Assembly (NCBI GenBank): GCA_023485845.1
Contig: JAMCZE010000010.1
Location: 89,448 to 153,447, forward strand
DNA: 64,000 nucleotides
Direction of reading: 5' to 3'
Origin: Patescibacteria group bacterium
Lineage (GTDB): Bacteria; Patescibacteriota; Microgenomatia; JAMCZE01
The position numbers and the translations under genes are program-made. Below, one piece after another: positions 39,388-47,782 of this stretch; position 1 is the stretch's first letter; every line of letters starts with the position of its first letter. The notes below the pieces were generated by a model, which saw only the letters and a program-made list of their open reading frames with translations, was not told the DNA's origin and searched no databases.

Positions 39388-41239
39388 AGAAGGACCTTTT
39401 GCTGCGAGTCTTTCTGATAATCACGTCGCCCTGGCCGCACTTCGGGCATTTCATTTCCAACTTTTGCTGGAACGCCTTAGTGAATTTGCAATCAGGAAAT
39501 TTGCTGCAGGCCAAAAACTTGCCGAACCGGCCGAGGCGCACCACCAGCGGCGCCCCATCGTTGGGGCAGACCTCATTGGTCGTTTCCACGGCCACTTTCA
39601 CCCGGGCGGCTGTTTCCCCGACTTCTTCCAATTGCTTGGCAAAGGGCTCGTAAAACTCACGGATGACCGGAACCCACTTAACTTCCCCGTTGGCAATCTG
39701 GTCCAGCTCATCTTCCATTTTAGCCGTGAACTGATAGTCCAGGATATTAGAAAAATTAGTCATGAGGAAATCCGTCACCGCATCACCCAACGTTGTCGGC
39801 AACAGTTTCTTGTCGGTCTTTTCCACATACTGACGGTCCTGGATGGTGGAGATAATCGGGGCATAAGTGGACGGCCGGCCGATGCCATATTCCTCCAGGG
39901 TCTTAATCAAGGACGCTTCCGTGTATCTTGTCGGGGGCTCAGTGTAATGCTGACTGGGAACAAGTTCCAATAATTTTAAAATTTGTCCCGTTGTTAATGT
40001 CGGCAACTCCGTTCCCTCATCTCGGACAAATAATTTCTGCCAGCCGTCAAACACCTGCTTATTGCCATTGGCTCGAAATAAATAGTCACCGGCTTTAATG
40101 TCCACCCCCGTTTGTTCATAAACGGCCTCGGCCATTTGACAGGCCACGAACCGATTCCAGATTAATTCATAAAGCCGCTTTTGATCCCTATCTAGTCCCT
40201 GATCCCTAGAACCTAGAACCTGGGTGGGTCTGATTGCTTCGTGCGCCTCTTGGGCCACTTTTGATTTGGTTTTGAAAAAACGCGCCGCCGCCGGCAGATG
40301 GTTTTGACCATATTGGCTGGAAATAAACTGACGGACAGCATCAACGGCGGCCGCCGCCAGATTTAAAGAATCGGTGCGGTGATAGGTGATCAGTCCCTGC
40401 TCATAAAGATTCTGGGCAATTTGCATCGTCCGGCGGGCACTCCAACCAAAAAGATTGCTGGCCGCCTGTTGCAAGGTGCTGGTGGTGAACGGCGGATAAG
40501 GTGATTTTTTAATCTCTCTTTTCTCCACCGTCTCCACCCTAAACTCGGCCGTCTTTAGGCCTTCAATTATTTTATCGGCCTCTTCTTTATTTTTAATTTC
40601 CGTTTTTGTCAGCTTGGCCTCAAAACCGGCAAATTTGGCCATTATTTCCCAATATTCCTGCGGGGCAAACGCTTTAATCTCCCGTTCCCGTTCCACAACG
40701 AGGCGAACCGCCACCGACTGCACCCGGCCGGCGGACATCCCTTTGCGCACTTTGCGCCAAAGCAGGGGTGAGAGTTTATAGCCCACTAACCGGTCCAGAA
40801 TCCGACGCGCCTGTTGGGCGTCAACCAAGGGCATATTAATTTCTCCAGGGTGGGCCAGGGCCTCTTTAATCGCGCTCTCGGTAATTTCATGGAAAGTTAT
40901 CCTCTGAAAATCTGGTGATCGTCTGGTTTTCATCTGGTTATCTGATAGTGTCTGTGCCAAGTGCCACGCGATCGCTTCTCCTTCCCGATCCGGATCGGTG
41001 GCCAGAATCACCGATTTGGTTTTTTTGGCCGCCGCCTCCAACTTGGCCACAGTTTCTTTATGCTTGGCGGAAACAACATAGGTGGGCGCAAACTCGTGCT
41101 CTATGTCAATTCCTAACTTGCTCTTAGGAAGGTCCCGAACATGGCCCATTGACGCTTCAATTTGGTAGCCCTCACCCAAAAATCGCGCCAGCGTCTTCGC
41201 CTTGGTTGGCGACTCAACAATTATCAGGTCCATAGCCAT
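39332..41239 (-). CDS. topA: DNA topoisomerase I
   Basis: IVESP.KAKT, ATDPDREGE, SAGRVQS, ITYHRTDS, two zinc ribbons. Confidence 0.98.
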   Translation of the reverse strand: MAMDLIIVESPTKAKTLARFLGEGYQIEASMGHVRDLPKSKLGIDIEHEFAPTYVVSAKHKETVAKLEAAAKKTKSVILATDPDREGEAIAWHLAQTLSDNQMKTRRSPDFQRITFHEITESAIKEALAHPGEINMPLVDAQQARRILDRLVGYKLSPLLWRKVRKGMSAGRVQSVAVRLVVEREREIKAFAPQEYWEIMAKFAGFEAKLTKTEIKNKEEADKIIEGLKTAEFRVETVEKREIKKSPYPPFTTSTLQQAASNLFGWSARRTMQIAQNLYEQGLITYHRTDSLNLAAAAVDAVRQFISSQYGQNHLPAAARFFKTKSKVAQEAHEAIRPTQVLGSRDQGLDRDQKRLYELIWNRFVACQMAEAVYEQTGVDIKAGDYLFRANGNKQVFDGWQKLFVRDEGTELPTLTTGQILKLLELVPSQHYTEPPTRYTEASLIKTLEEYGIGRPSTYAPIISTIQDRQYVEKTDKKLLPTTLGDAVTDFLMTNFSNILDYQFTAKMEDELDQIANGEVKWVPVIREFYEPFAKQLEEVGETAARVKVAVETTNEVCPNDGAPLVVRLGRFGKFLACSKFPDCKFTKAFQQKLEMKCPKCGQGDVIIRKTRSKRSFYGCSRYPDCDFASWTKPK

Positions 41240-41317
41240 AATGCTCCGCTAAGATTAGCACCCTTGTCAAGAACCAAATAATCTGATAGCATTCTCCTAT
41301 ACTCTGCCCCCAGGGAG

Positions 41318-41620
41318 GTGAAAACATTGAATTCCCAAACATTAACTATCGCCGTCGAACACGGACCGCAAGCTACTGTAAACATTCGTGAAGATGGTCG
41401 GGTTCACCTACACCTAGGTGGTCCGGAAGACTTGATGGCTCCAGGAATCATATTTGAGAAAGAAGGTAACCGAATAAACCTGACTTTAGGTGGTATTGGT
41501 TACGCTGACCCACAAGATGGAAAGCAGATAAAGACAGTCTCTAGCCCAGAGCCAGGGCAAACATTACAAGATGTGTTGGGCCACGTTCACTTTATGGTCA
41601 TGAACCACAAAAGTTTATGA
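41318..41620 (+). CDS. Hypothetical protein
   Basis: GGGAGGTGA SD-like sequence; 100-aa ORF. Confidence 0.5.
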   Translation: MKTLNSQTLTIAVEHGPQATVNIREDGRVHLHLGGPEDLMAPGIIFEKEGNRINLTLGGIGYADPQDGKQIKTVSSPEPGQTLQDVLGHVHFMVMNHKSL

Positions 41621-41716
41621 GGTAGAACCGGCTCCTTGAGAAATCAGATAATCGCACCCCGCTGAACCGGGGACGGTGAGGGCTTCGCGGCCTTGGTCTA
41701 ACGCCTGCCGGGCTTG
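41615..41716 (-). pseudogene. dprA: Diverged duplicate of the dprA 3' end
   Basis: Translates ARQALDQGREALTVPGSAGCDYLISQGA vs DprA ARLALDQGREVLAVPGSPGCDYLIAQGA; 60/83 nt identical to 42671-42753. Confidence 0.88.
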
Positions 41717-41766
41717 TTGATGGTTTAACGATTATCAAATCTGGCTGATCTGGCTGAATTCCCTAA

Positions 41767-41795
41767 TTGACTTTTCGTTAAATAAAGGATATTAT
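41767..41795 (+). promoter_or_regulatory. Sigma70-type promoter for small RNA
   Basis: TTGACT, 17 nt, TATTAT. Confidence 0.6.
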
Positions 41796-41800
41796 ACAAG

Positions 41801-41877
41801 CACTGATTGGGCTGGATGGTGAATCCTGCACTGAAAAGTGCAGGTGCACCCATCCGATAAAGCTCAATCTTTTTTTG
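41801..41877 (+). ncRNA. Candidate ~75-nt hairpin sRNA convergent with DUF3800-like gene
   Basis: Nested stems GATTGGGCT/AGCTCAATC, GGATGG/CCATCC, CCTGCACT-GAAA-AGTGCAGG, then U-tract. Confidence 0.6.
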
Positions 41878-42327
41878 TCACAAAACTAAACTTAAGATAT
41901 CTCCCGCTTTAACTATCTTATCCGCTTTTACCGTCTTTCTTAATACCGAAATAGCCAAAATATGACAATTTCTATTGCGTCCTACTAAGCCAAAGACAAT
42001 TTTCTCGCGGTCAAAACTTCTGTGCCCTGCCGCGCGAATAACTTGCAGAAGAAAATCTTTAATAAGACTCTCTTTCCTCCAATATTCTTTATCAATGACG
42101 AAACACGATGTTTTGTTTAGACTATCCTTAATTAACAGGTATAAAAGGGCAGTAAAAGTTTTATAAACAAAAATCTCAGGTTTTCCCGCCTGGCGGAACG
42201 AATTTTGAATTTTTCGCTTCTCTGACGCTTTAATTTTTAAACTAGCGCTCCCTCCATTTGATAAGGCCACCACTGTGTCCTGACTCGTGTACTCGACTTT
42301 TCCCGACTGGTCAATATAAACTTTCAC
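41878..42327 (-). CDS. RNase H-fold protein (DUF3800-like)
   Basis: N-terminal VYIDQSG and internal VIDKEY acidic motifs. Confidence 0.55.
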   Translation of the reverse strand: MKVYIDQSGKVEYTSQDTVVALSNGGSASLKIKASEKRKIQNSFRQAGKPEIFVYKTFTALLYLLIKDSLNKTSCFVIDKEYWRKESLIKDFLLQVIRAAGHRSFDREKIVFGLVGRNRNCHILAISVLRKTVKADKIVKAGDILSLVL

Positions 42328-42431
42328 TCAGTCTAATGGTCTTCTAACCTTAACACTGCTGTCAAGGGCAAACTTAATCTTGACAATCCAAACAGCCTGT
42401 AATAATATTCAGTTATCTATTCTATAACTCT

Positions 42432-42758
42432 ATGCCCGAAGACAGAAAAGAACATTTCCCAATTATTTCACTGACTCTTGCCTGTAAACATTACCTCCGA
42501 TATTTTGGCGGCCACAACCGCTTACTCCTTCTCCAAAATCCCGGCGAGCAACATATTTGTCCAGCTCATCCCGACGCGACTCAAAATTTCATAATAAATT
42601 CTAAAGAAGCCAGTCGGTTCACCTGCACAGGTTGCGCACTCAGCCACCACAAGGTCACAAAATCTTTACAGCCCCTTGCGCAATTAAATAGTCACAGCCG
42701 GGGGATCCCGGGACAGCGAGGACTTCGCGGCCTTGATCCAGAGCAAGTCGGGCGGTGA
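42432..42758 (+). CDS. Hypothetical Cys/His protein
   Basis: CxH, CxxH, CxxC motifs; 3' end overlaps dprA antisense. Confidence 0.45.
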   Translation: MPEDRKEHFPIISLTLACKHYLRYFGGHNRLLLLQNPGEQHICPAHPDATQNFIINSKEASRFTCTGCALSHHKVTKSLQPLAQLNSHSRGIPGQRGLRGLDPEQVGR

Positions 42759-43269
42759 TCAGCGCTCCGGATTTGAGCGGGGCTTCAATCACAATCACTG
42801 CTTGGGACAATCCCGAGATGATCCGGTTGCGGGCCGGGAACAGTTCCCGACTGACCCGCCGCCCGGGCGGCACTTCGGCGATAATCGCCCCACCGTGGGC
42901 GAGAATACTATTATATAGTTCCCGGTGCTGGGGCGGATAAACCACGTCCACCCCGGCGCCCAAAACGGCGATGGTTTGGCCATTGTTTTCAATCGCCGTT
43001 TGATGCGCCACCCCATCAATGCCCAAGGCCATGCCAGAACAAATTATAAATCTTTGTTTCACCAGCTCTTTAGTTATTTTCGCAGTATTTTTTTCTCCTT
43101 TTTTTGTCATTTTTCTTGTTCCCACTATGGCAATAATTTTCCCAGTGACTAACTTCCTCACTTCCTCACTTCCTAACTGGCTTTTAACGTATAGTGTTTT
43201 CGGCGGACAAAAAATATTTTTAAGCTGGGGCGGATAGCCTGCATCAGTGATTTTAAGAACTTCTACCAC
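42655..43269 (-). CDS. dprA: DNA-processing protein DprA (core domain only)
   Basis: YP..L..I..PP..LY, IAIVGTR, SGMA.GID..AH, FP.RNRIISGLS, SGALITA. Confidence 0.95.
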   Translation of the reverse strand: MVEVLKITDAGYPPQLKNIFCPPKTLYVKSQLGSEEVRKLVTGKIIAIVGTRKMTKKGEKNTAKITKELVKQRFIICSGMALGIDGVAHQTAIENNGQTIAVLGAGVDVVYPPQHRELYNSILAHGGAIIAEVPPGRRVSRELFPARNRIISGLSQAVIVIEAPLKSGALITARLALDQGREVLAVPGSPGCDYLIAQGAVKIL

Positions 43270-43304
43270 TTCCTCAGATTATTAGGGAAAGTAATATCAC
43301 CATA

Positions 43305-43790
43305 ATGTCACCGAAAGATAAAGAACAACGCCTAAAAGAAGTCTACCACAATCTTAAAACCATGGTTGCTGCACACCCCGGGATCCATATTGAGGAAGTA
43401 GAGCAATTGCTCAGAACAGATTATAGATATAGTCTTGACGAGATTGTTGGCGCACTTGACCATGGGCTCGCGAACGATAACCGTATGACAAAGCGCTTGG
43501 GCGAGTCGGAAATGGTCTTTCAAGTTGATCGATCTGGACCAAGTGGGCAAAGGATCGGACGGCGGCTCTTCCTGCGCCAGGATGCTCCAGGACCGGAGAT
43601 GAATGTCATGGTAAGCGCGTTTAAAGTTGAAGGGGCTGATGATCTTGTGGCAACAACGGTGTCTCTATACCAACGTAAAGAGAGAATAGACCTACGGGGT
43701 TCTTCTGATGCTGGTGCCATAGAGCTTCTATCAAAACTTCTTGGGCGAAAAATAAATATTGACAGTTTACCTACTGAACCAGGCCGTTAA
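43305..43790 (+). CDS. Hypothetical protein
   Basis: 161-aa ORF antisense between pbp2 and dprA. Confidence 0.5.
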   Translation: MSPKDKEQRLKEVYHNLKTMVAAHPGIHIEEVEQLLRTDYRYSLDEIVGALDHGLANDNRMTKRLGESEMVFQVDRSGPSGQRIGRRLFLRQDAPGPEMNVMVSAFKVEGADDLVATTVSLYQRKERIDLRGSSDAGAIELLSKLLGRKINIDSLPTEPGR

Positions 43791-45302
43791 AATGTTTTTG
43801 ACCAGGGGGGCGGCAACGGTGTCCCCTTCACCCCCACCTTCAACAAGCACAGTGACGGCAACCTGCCTGCCGGCAGGCAGGTCAGCTGGCCCATAGCCGG
43901 TTAGCCAGGCATGAGTTCGGTCCTGGGGATCACCGTATTCCGCCGTTCCCGTTTTACAGGCCAATTGATAGGGCGTGTTATGGACGGTAAAGTTAAACAG
44001 CGGCCAGGCTGTTCCCCCGGTGGCGCAAGCCGCCAACAGCCCCTGCCGAACCAAGTCTAAATTTCGCGGTTGGATGCCAATGTTTCGGCAGTTTGGCTGA
44101 CCAAGCAAATGCGGCTGGCAAACACTGCCGCCATTGGCAATCGTGGCGGTCCAGGAGTTAACTTGCAGGGGGGTGACCAGGAGATTCCCCTGGCCAATGG
44201 CCAGATGATAGGTGTCGCCCAAGAACCAATCCGATTTGAGCGCCAGATTGCCCCCCGCTTCTCCCGGCAGATCCACGCCCAGCGGCGCGTCTAATCCGAA
44301 CTTTTTTCCCCATTCGATGATTCCCTGAGCCCCAACCAAGCCGCCCACTTCATAGAAGAAAATGTCATTACTCTTTTGCAATGCCGACACGACATTTAGA
44401 TCACCTTGAGTCCCGCCGCCCCGCAAATAGAGCCAATTGGGAAATTTATACGGGCCAATAATTAATATGCCCGGATCAGTGATTTGGAAATTGGCGTCAA
44501 TCTTGCCCATCTCCAACCCAGCGGTGGCGGTGATGATCTTAAACGTTGAGCCGGCGGGATAGGTCCCAGCAATGGCCCGATCAAACAATGATTGGTTTGG
44601 ATCAGTGAAAATCTCCTTAATTTTGACCTGCCGATAGTCAGCCGGCAAAGTCAGGTCGGTGAAAACGTTCGGGTCAAAGGACGGAGCGCTGGCCAGCGCC
44701 AAAACCTCCCCGGTGGCGGGATTGGTGACCACCACCGCGCCGGTCACGTCCTTAATCTGCCCATAAGCGGCTTTTTGCAATTGGGCGTCTAGGCTGATCG
44801 TTAGGTCCTGGCCCGGGGTGGGCGGGACGGTCGCCAAAGTGCGCAGTTTATTTCCCATCGCGTCCACTTCAACAATCTCCTGCCCATCCTTGCCGGCCAA
44901 TCGATCTTCATATTGTTGTTCCAAACCGGACAGGCCAACAATTTTGTCGCCGGCAAAACCCACATAGCCCACCACATGGGCCGCGGCCGGACCCAAGGGA
45001 TAGCTTCTGGTGGAATCGGTTTCCGCAATCTGGCCATGGGCCATAGCCGCAATTGCCTGGGACTTGGAGATCTGCTGGCCAGAAAGTCGATAGGCCGGTA
45101 AATTAATGGTTAACGGCAGGCCGTTTCGATCATAGATAATACCGCGGGGGGCATGGATGGGGATGCGGCGCACCCGGTTGCCATCAGCCAGGGCACGAAA
45201 ATAGTTGCCTTGGAAAATTTGCAGGCGAAACAGTCCGGCCCACAGGACCAGAAACGCGGCCACCAAGACCACTTTGGCAAAGTTAGTAGGGAAGGAAACC
45301 AT
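43767..45302 (-). CDS. mrdA: Penicillin-binding protein 2
   Basis: APRG.IYDRNG, GSTFK (SxxK), SND, KTGTAE; mre operon. Confidence 0.92.
   Translation of the reverse strand: MVSFPTNFAKVVLVAAFLVLWAGLFRLQIFQGNYFRALADGNRVRRIPIHAPRGIIYDRNGLPLTINLPAYRLSGQQISKSQAIAAMAHGQIAETDSTRSYPLGPAAAHVVGYVGFAGDKIVGLSGLEQQYEDRLAGKDGQEIVEVDAMGNKLRTLATVPPTPGQDLTISLDAQLQKAAYGQIKDVTGAVVVTNPATGEVLALASAPSFDPNVFTDLTLPADYRQVKIKEIFTDPNQSLFDRAIAGTYPAGSTFKIITATAGLEMGKIDANFQITDPGILIIGPYKFPNWLYLRGGGTQGDLNVVSALQKSNDIFFYEVGGLVGAQGIIEWGKKFGLDAPLGVDLPGEAGGNLALKSDWFLGDTYHLAIGQGNLLVTPLQVNSWTATIANGGSVCQPHLLGQPNCRNIGIQPRNLDLVRQGLLAACATGGTAWPLFNFTVHNTPYQLACKTGTAEYGDPQDRTHAWLTGYGPADLPAGRQVAVTVLVEGGGEGDTVAAPLVKNILTAWFSR
43861..43882. 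repeat. Perfect 22-bp palindrome inside pbp2
   Basis: ACCTGCCTGCCGGCAGGCAGGT, encoding DLPAGRQV. Confidence 0.9.
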
Positions 45303-45495
45303 AAAGGATAATAATCATCACGAGAAAGACAGCTATTGTCAAGGCGTTTAGATGGAAACGCCGACGGTATTGCTTGAGAACAAAAACCGCCAGCAGCAGG
45401 AAGGCACTAGAAACCCCCAGCGTCCGGCCAGACACCACGTCGGCGATAAACCCCAGGATAAATACTAATAGGAAATAAATACGGTCCCTAGCCTT
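45283..45495 (-). CDS. mreD: Miniature MreD-like membrane protein without canonical start (not in ORF track)
   Basis: Open frame ..FILGFIADVVSGRTLGVSSAFLLL..; located between mreC and pbp2. Confidence 0.55.
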   Translation of the reverse strand, partial: KARDRIYFLLVFILGFIADVVSGRTLGVSSAFLLLAVFVLKQYRRRFHLNALTIAVFLVMIIILYGFLPY

Positions 45496-46232
45496 TCAAA
45501 ATCCAGCGGAAAAGTAACGCTTGCTTGCTTGAAAAGGGCCGTCGAATCATTTTTGATTTCCCCCACCTGGCCGACGATTAAGCCGGGCCGGTAGGTCCCG
45601 CCCTCGCCGGACGTCATAATGGTGTCCCCAGATTGCAAATTTTCATTCTGGGCAATCTGGGTAATTATTGCTGAGGAATTAAATTGTCCTATAACAAGAC
45701 CGTGGGCTGTCCCAATAACCACCGGCACCTTGCTGTCTGAGTCGGTGGGCAGGGCCACAAAGCTTTCTCGGCCGGAAATCTTGGCCACCCGACCAATTAA
45801 ATAGTTCAAGTAAACCACCGTTTGCCCGACGGCCACCTTGTCCCCCGCTCCGACGCCAATTTCCAGATAGCGGCCCTGGCCCAAAACCGGGGCGGGCAGA
45901 AGTTTCTTCCCTAGTGATGCCGGCGCTCCCAACTGGGCGCGCAGGTCGGCGTTTTCTTTGGCCAAGGCATCGGCCCGGGCCTGCTGGCTGCCGGCCTCCG
46001 CCAGCCGCAGCTCCAAATTTTTAATTCGCGCCTCGCCAGATTTCCAGAAAGTCAAAAAAGAAAAAAGGTCAAAAGTGCTTTGTTGGACACTGTAAAGCGC
46101 CCCTTGCACCGGCACTGTCACCACCGTTGCCGCTGTTCTCACCGGTCCCAGCACCCCCACTTTATCCCCAATGAATATTAGTCCCGACAAAGTAAGAAGA
46201 ATAAGAAATATTCTCATCTGTTGTCTTGGCAT
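45465..46232 (-). CDS. mreC: Rod shape-determining protein MreC
   Basis: TM, coiled coil ENADLR, GD.I.TSG.GG.Y..GL.VG.V. Confidence 0.92.
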   Translation of the reverse strand: MPRQQMRIFLILLTLSGLIFIGDKVGVLGPVRTAATVVTVPVQGALYSVQQSTFDLFSFLTFWKSGEARIKNLELRLAEAGSQQARADALAKENADLRAQLGAPASLGKKLLPAPVLGQGRYLEIGVGAGDKVAVGQTVVYLNYLIGRVAKISGRESFVALPTDSDSKVPVVIGTAHGLVIGQFNSSAIITQIAQNENLQSGDTIMTSGEGGTYRPGLIVGQVGEIKNDSTALFKQASVTFPLDFERLGTVFISY

Positions 46233-46541
46233 ACTTAATATAATAGCACTTAGCTTAATATGGCTTCACCTGTAAAGACTTGACTTTATCTTCCCCATAG
46301 TAAGTACTATCATTTTTAATTCTATTGGGGGTGACAAAATGCCGGAAGTGAAATCAGAAAAAAGGAGACCATATATCGGAGAAGTTGCACCGGGTGTTAT
46401 TTCTACCGGATGGTGAAACCATTTAGCTGGGATGAATTGGTCGAAAGGTTCGGTGAACAATATGGCGAGTGTACTGTGGATCATTCTGGAGAAGAAGGAT
46501 ATCAAACAGTTACTCCCCTTGTGAAGGGGTTGTGAGCAAGC

Positions 46542-47594
46542 CTATCTTAGTCCGCCGGTAACCCTGATGCGCTCGAGGAGTTTTTCGTCCATCAGGACTT
46601 TGCCCGTGCCGCGAACAACGGCCGTCATGGGGTCATCGGCCACCCACACCGGCATCTTAGTGGCATCGGCAATTGCCAGGTCAACATGGCGCAACAGACT
46701 GCCACCCCCCGCCAGCGCAATGCCGCGATTAAGCAGATCGGACACCAGCTCCGGCGGCGTTTCTTCAATTAAAGCGGTAATGGCGGCGATAATTTGCTGG
46801 ACCACCGGGGTCAACGCCTCGCGCAGGTCAGCGGAAGAGATCTTAATCGACTTAGGAAGACCTGTTTCCAAATCCCGGCCGCGAATAACTGCATACCTTT
46901 CTTCCTCTTTCTTGCCGGGAAAAGCATTGCCAATCTCAATTTTCACCGCCTCCGCTGTCGGCTGGCCAATTAAAACACCATAGCGCAGCCGCAAATAGGA
47001 AATGATCGCCTCGTCCATTTCGTCGCCGGCGATGCGGATGGATTTTTTCACCACAATTCCACCCAGGGAGGTGACGGCAATTTCCGTGGTCCCCCCGCCG
47101 ATGTCCACAATGATGCTGCCGGAAGATTCATTAATGGGAAGCCCGATGCCAATGGCCGCCGCCATGGGCTCTTCAATTAAGTAAGCTTTGCGCGCTCCGG
47201 CCGCCAGGGCCGCTCCCTGAACCGCCCGGCGCTCCACCTCGGTGACGCCGGAAGGAATCCCCACCACCACTTTTGGTTTGGGAATCTTGGGGATCATCCC
47301 CGGACTTTCATGAACTAGTTTGATATAGTGACTGAGCATCGCCGCCGTGGCGTCAAAATCGGCAATCACCCCGTCGGCCAAGGGGCGAATGATCTCCAGC
47401 GTCTCCGGTGCCCGGCCAAGCATTTTTTTGGCCTCTGAGCCAATGGCAATTGCCTTTTTGCTCTTCTTGTGCATGGCCACCACCGACGGTTCCCGGATAA
47501 TGATCCCACCGTCGCGGACCATCACCAGAGTGTTAGCCGTTCCCAAATCAATCCCCATGTCCCGGGTCAAAAGGCCGAAAAGGAAGTCAAACAT
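46542..47594 (-). CDS. mreB: Rod shape-determining protein MreB
   Basis: GIDLGTANT, EPSVVA, EPMAAAIG, DIGGGTTE, GGG.LL. Confidence 0.98.
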   Translation of the reverse strand: MFDFLFGLLTRDMGIDLGTANTLVMVRDGGIIIREPSVVAMHKKSKKAIAIGSEAKKMLGRAPETLEIIRPLADGVIADFDATAAMLSHYIKLVHESPGMIPKIPKPKVVVGIPSGVTEVERRAVQGAALAAGARKAYLIEEPMAAAIGIGLPINESSGSIIVDIGGGTTEIAVTSLGGIVVKKSIRIAGDEMDEAIISYLRLRYGVLIGQPTAEAVKIEIGNAFPGKKEEERYAVIRGRDLETGLPKSIKISSADLREALTPVVQQIIAAITALIEETPPELVSDLLNRGIALAGGGSLLRHVDLAIADATKMPVWVADDPMTAVVRGTGKVLMDEKLLERIRVTGGLR

Positions 47595-47782
47595 GACACG
47601 TTTATCCTATCATGAAGCAGAAATTTTTGACATATGCTAGCATTAAACTCGATGGATGAATTTAGGGGCTACAAAAGTCTGCCGTTTTATTGCCAGCAGG
47701 ATGATTTTATTAAAAACGGTGGCTTTCGGGAAAATCTGTTAAAAAAGAGACTGGAGTTTCGAAATAATGTTAGAATAAAATA

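Noticed and set aside
39308-39973. 221-aa + strand ORF
   Set aside because: Antisense shadow of topA.
41648-41736. Apparent structured RNA closed by GATAATCG/CGATTATC
   Set aside because: The minus-strand translation matches the DprA C-terminus, so it is better explained as a duplicated gene end.
46327-46535. SD-led small ORF between mreB and mreC, or TGA readthrough
   Set aside because: It stops after 25 codons and continues only in another frame. TGA is used as a stop elsewhere in the window, so this is likely a decayed orphan.
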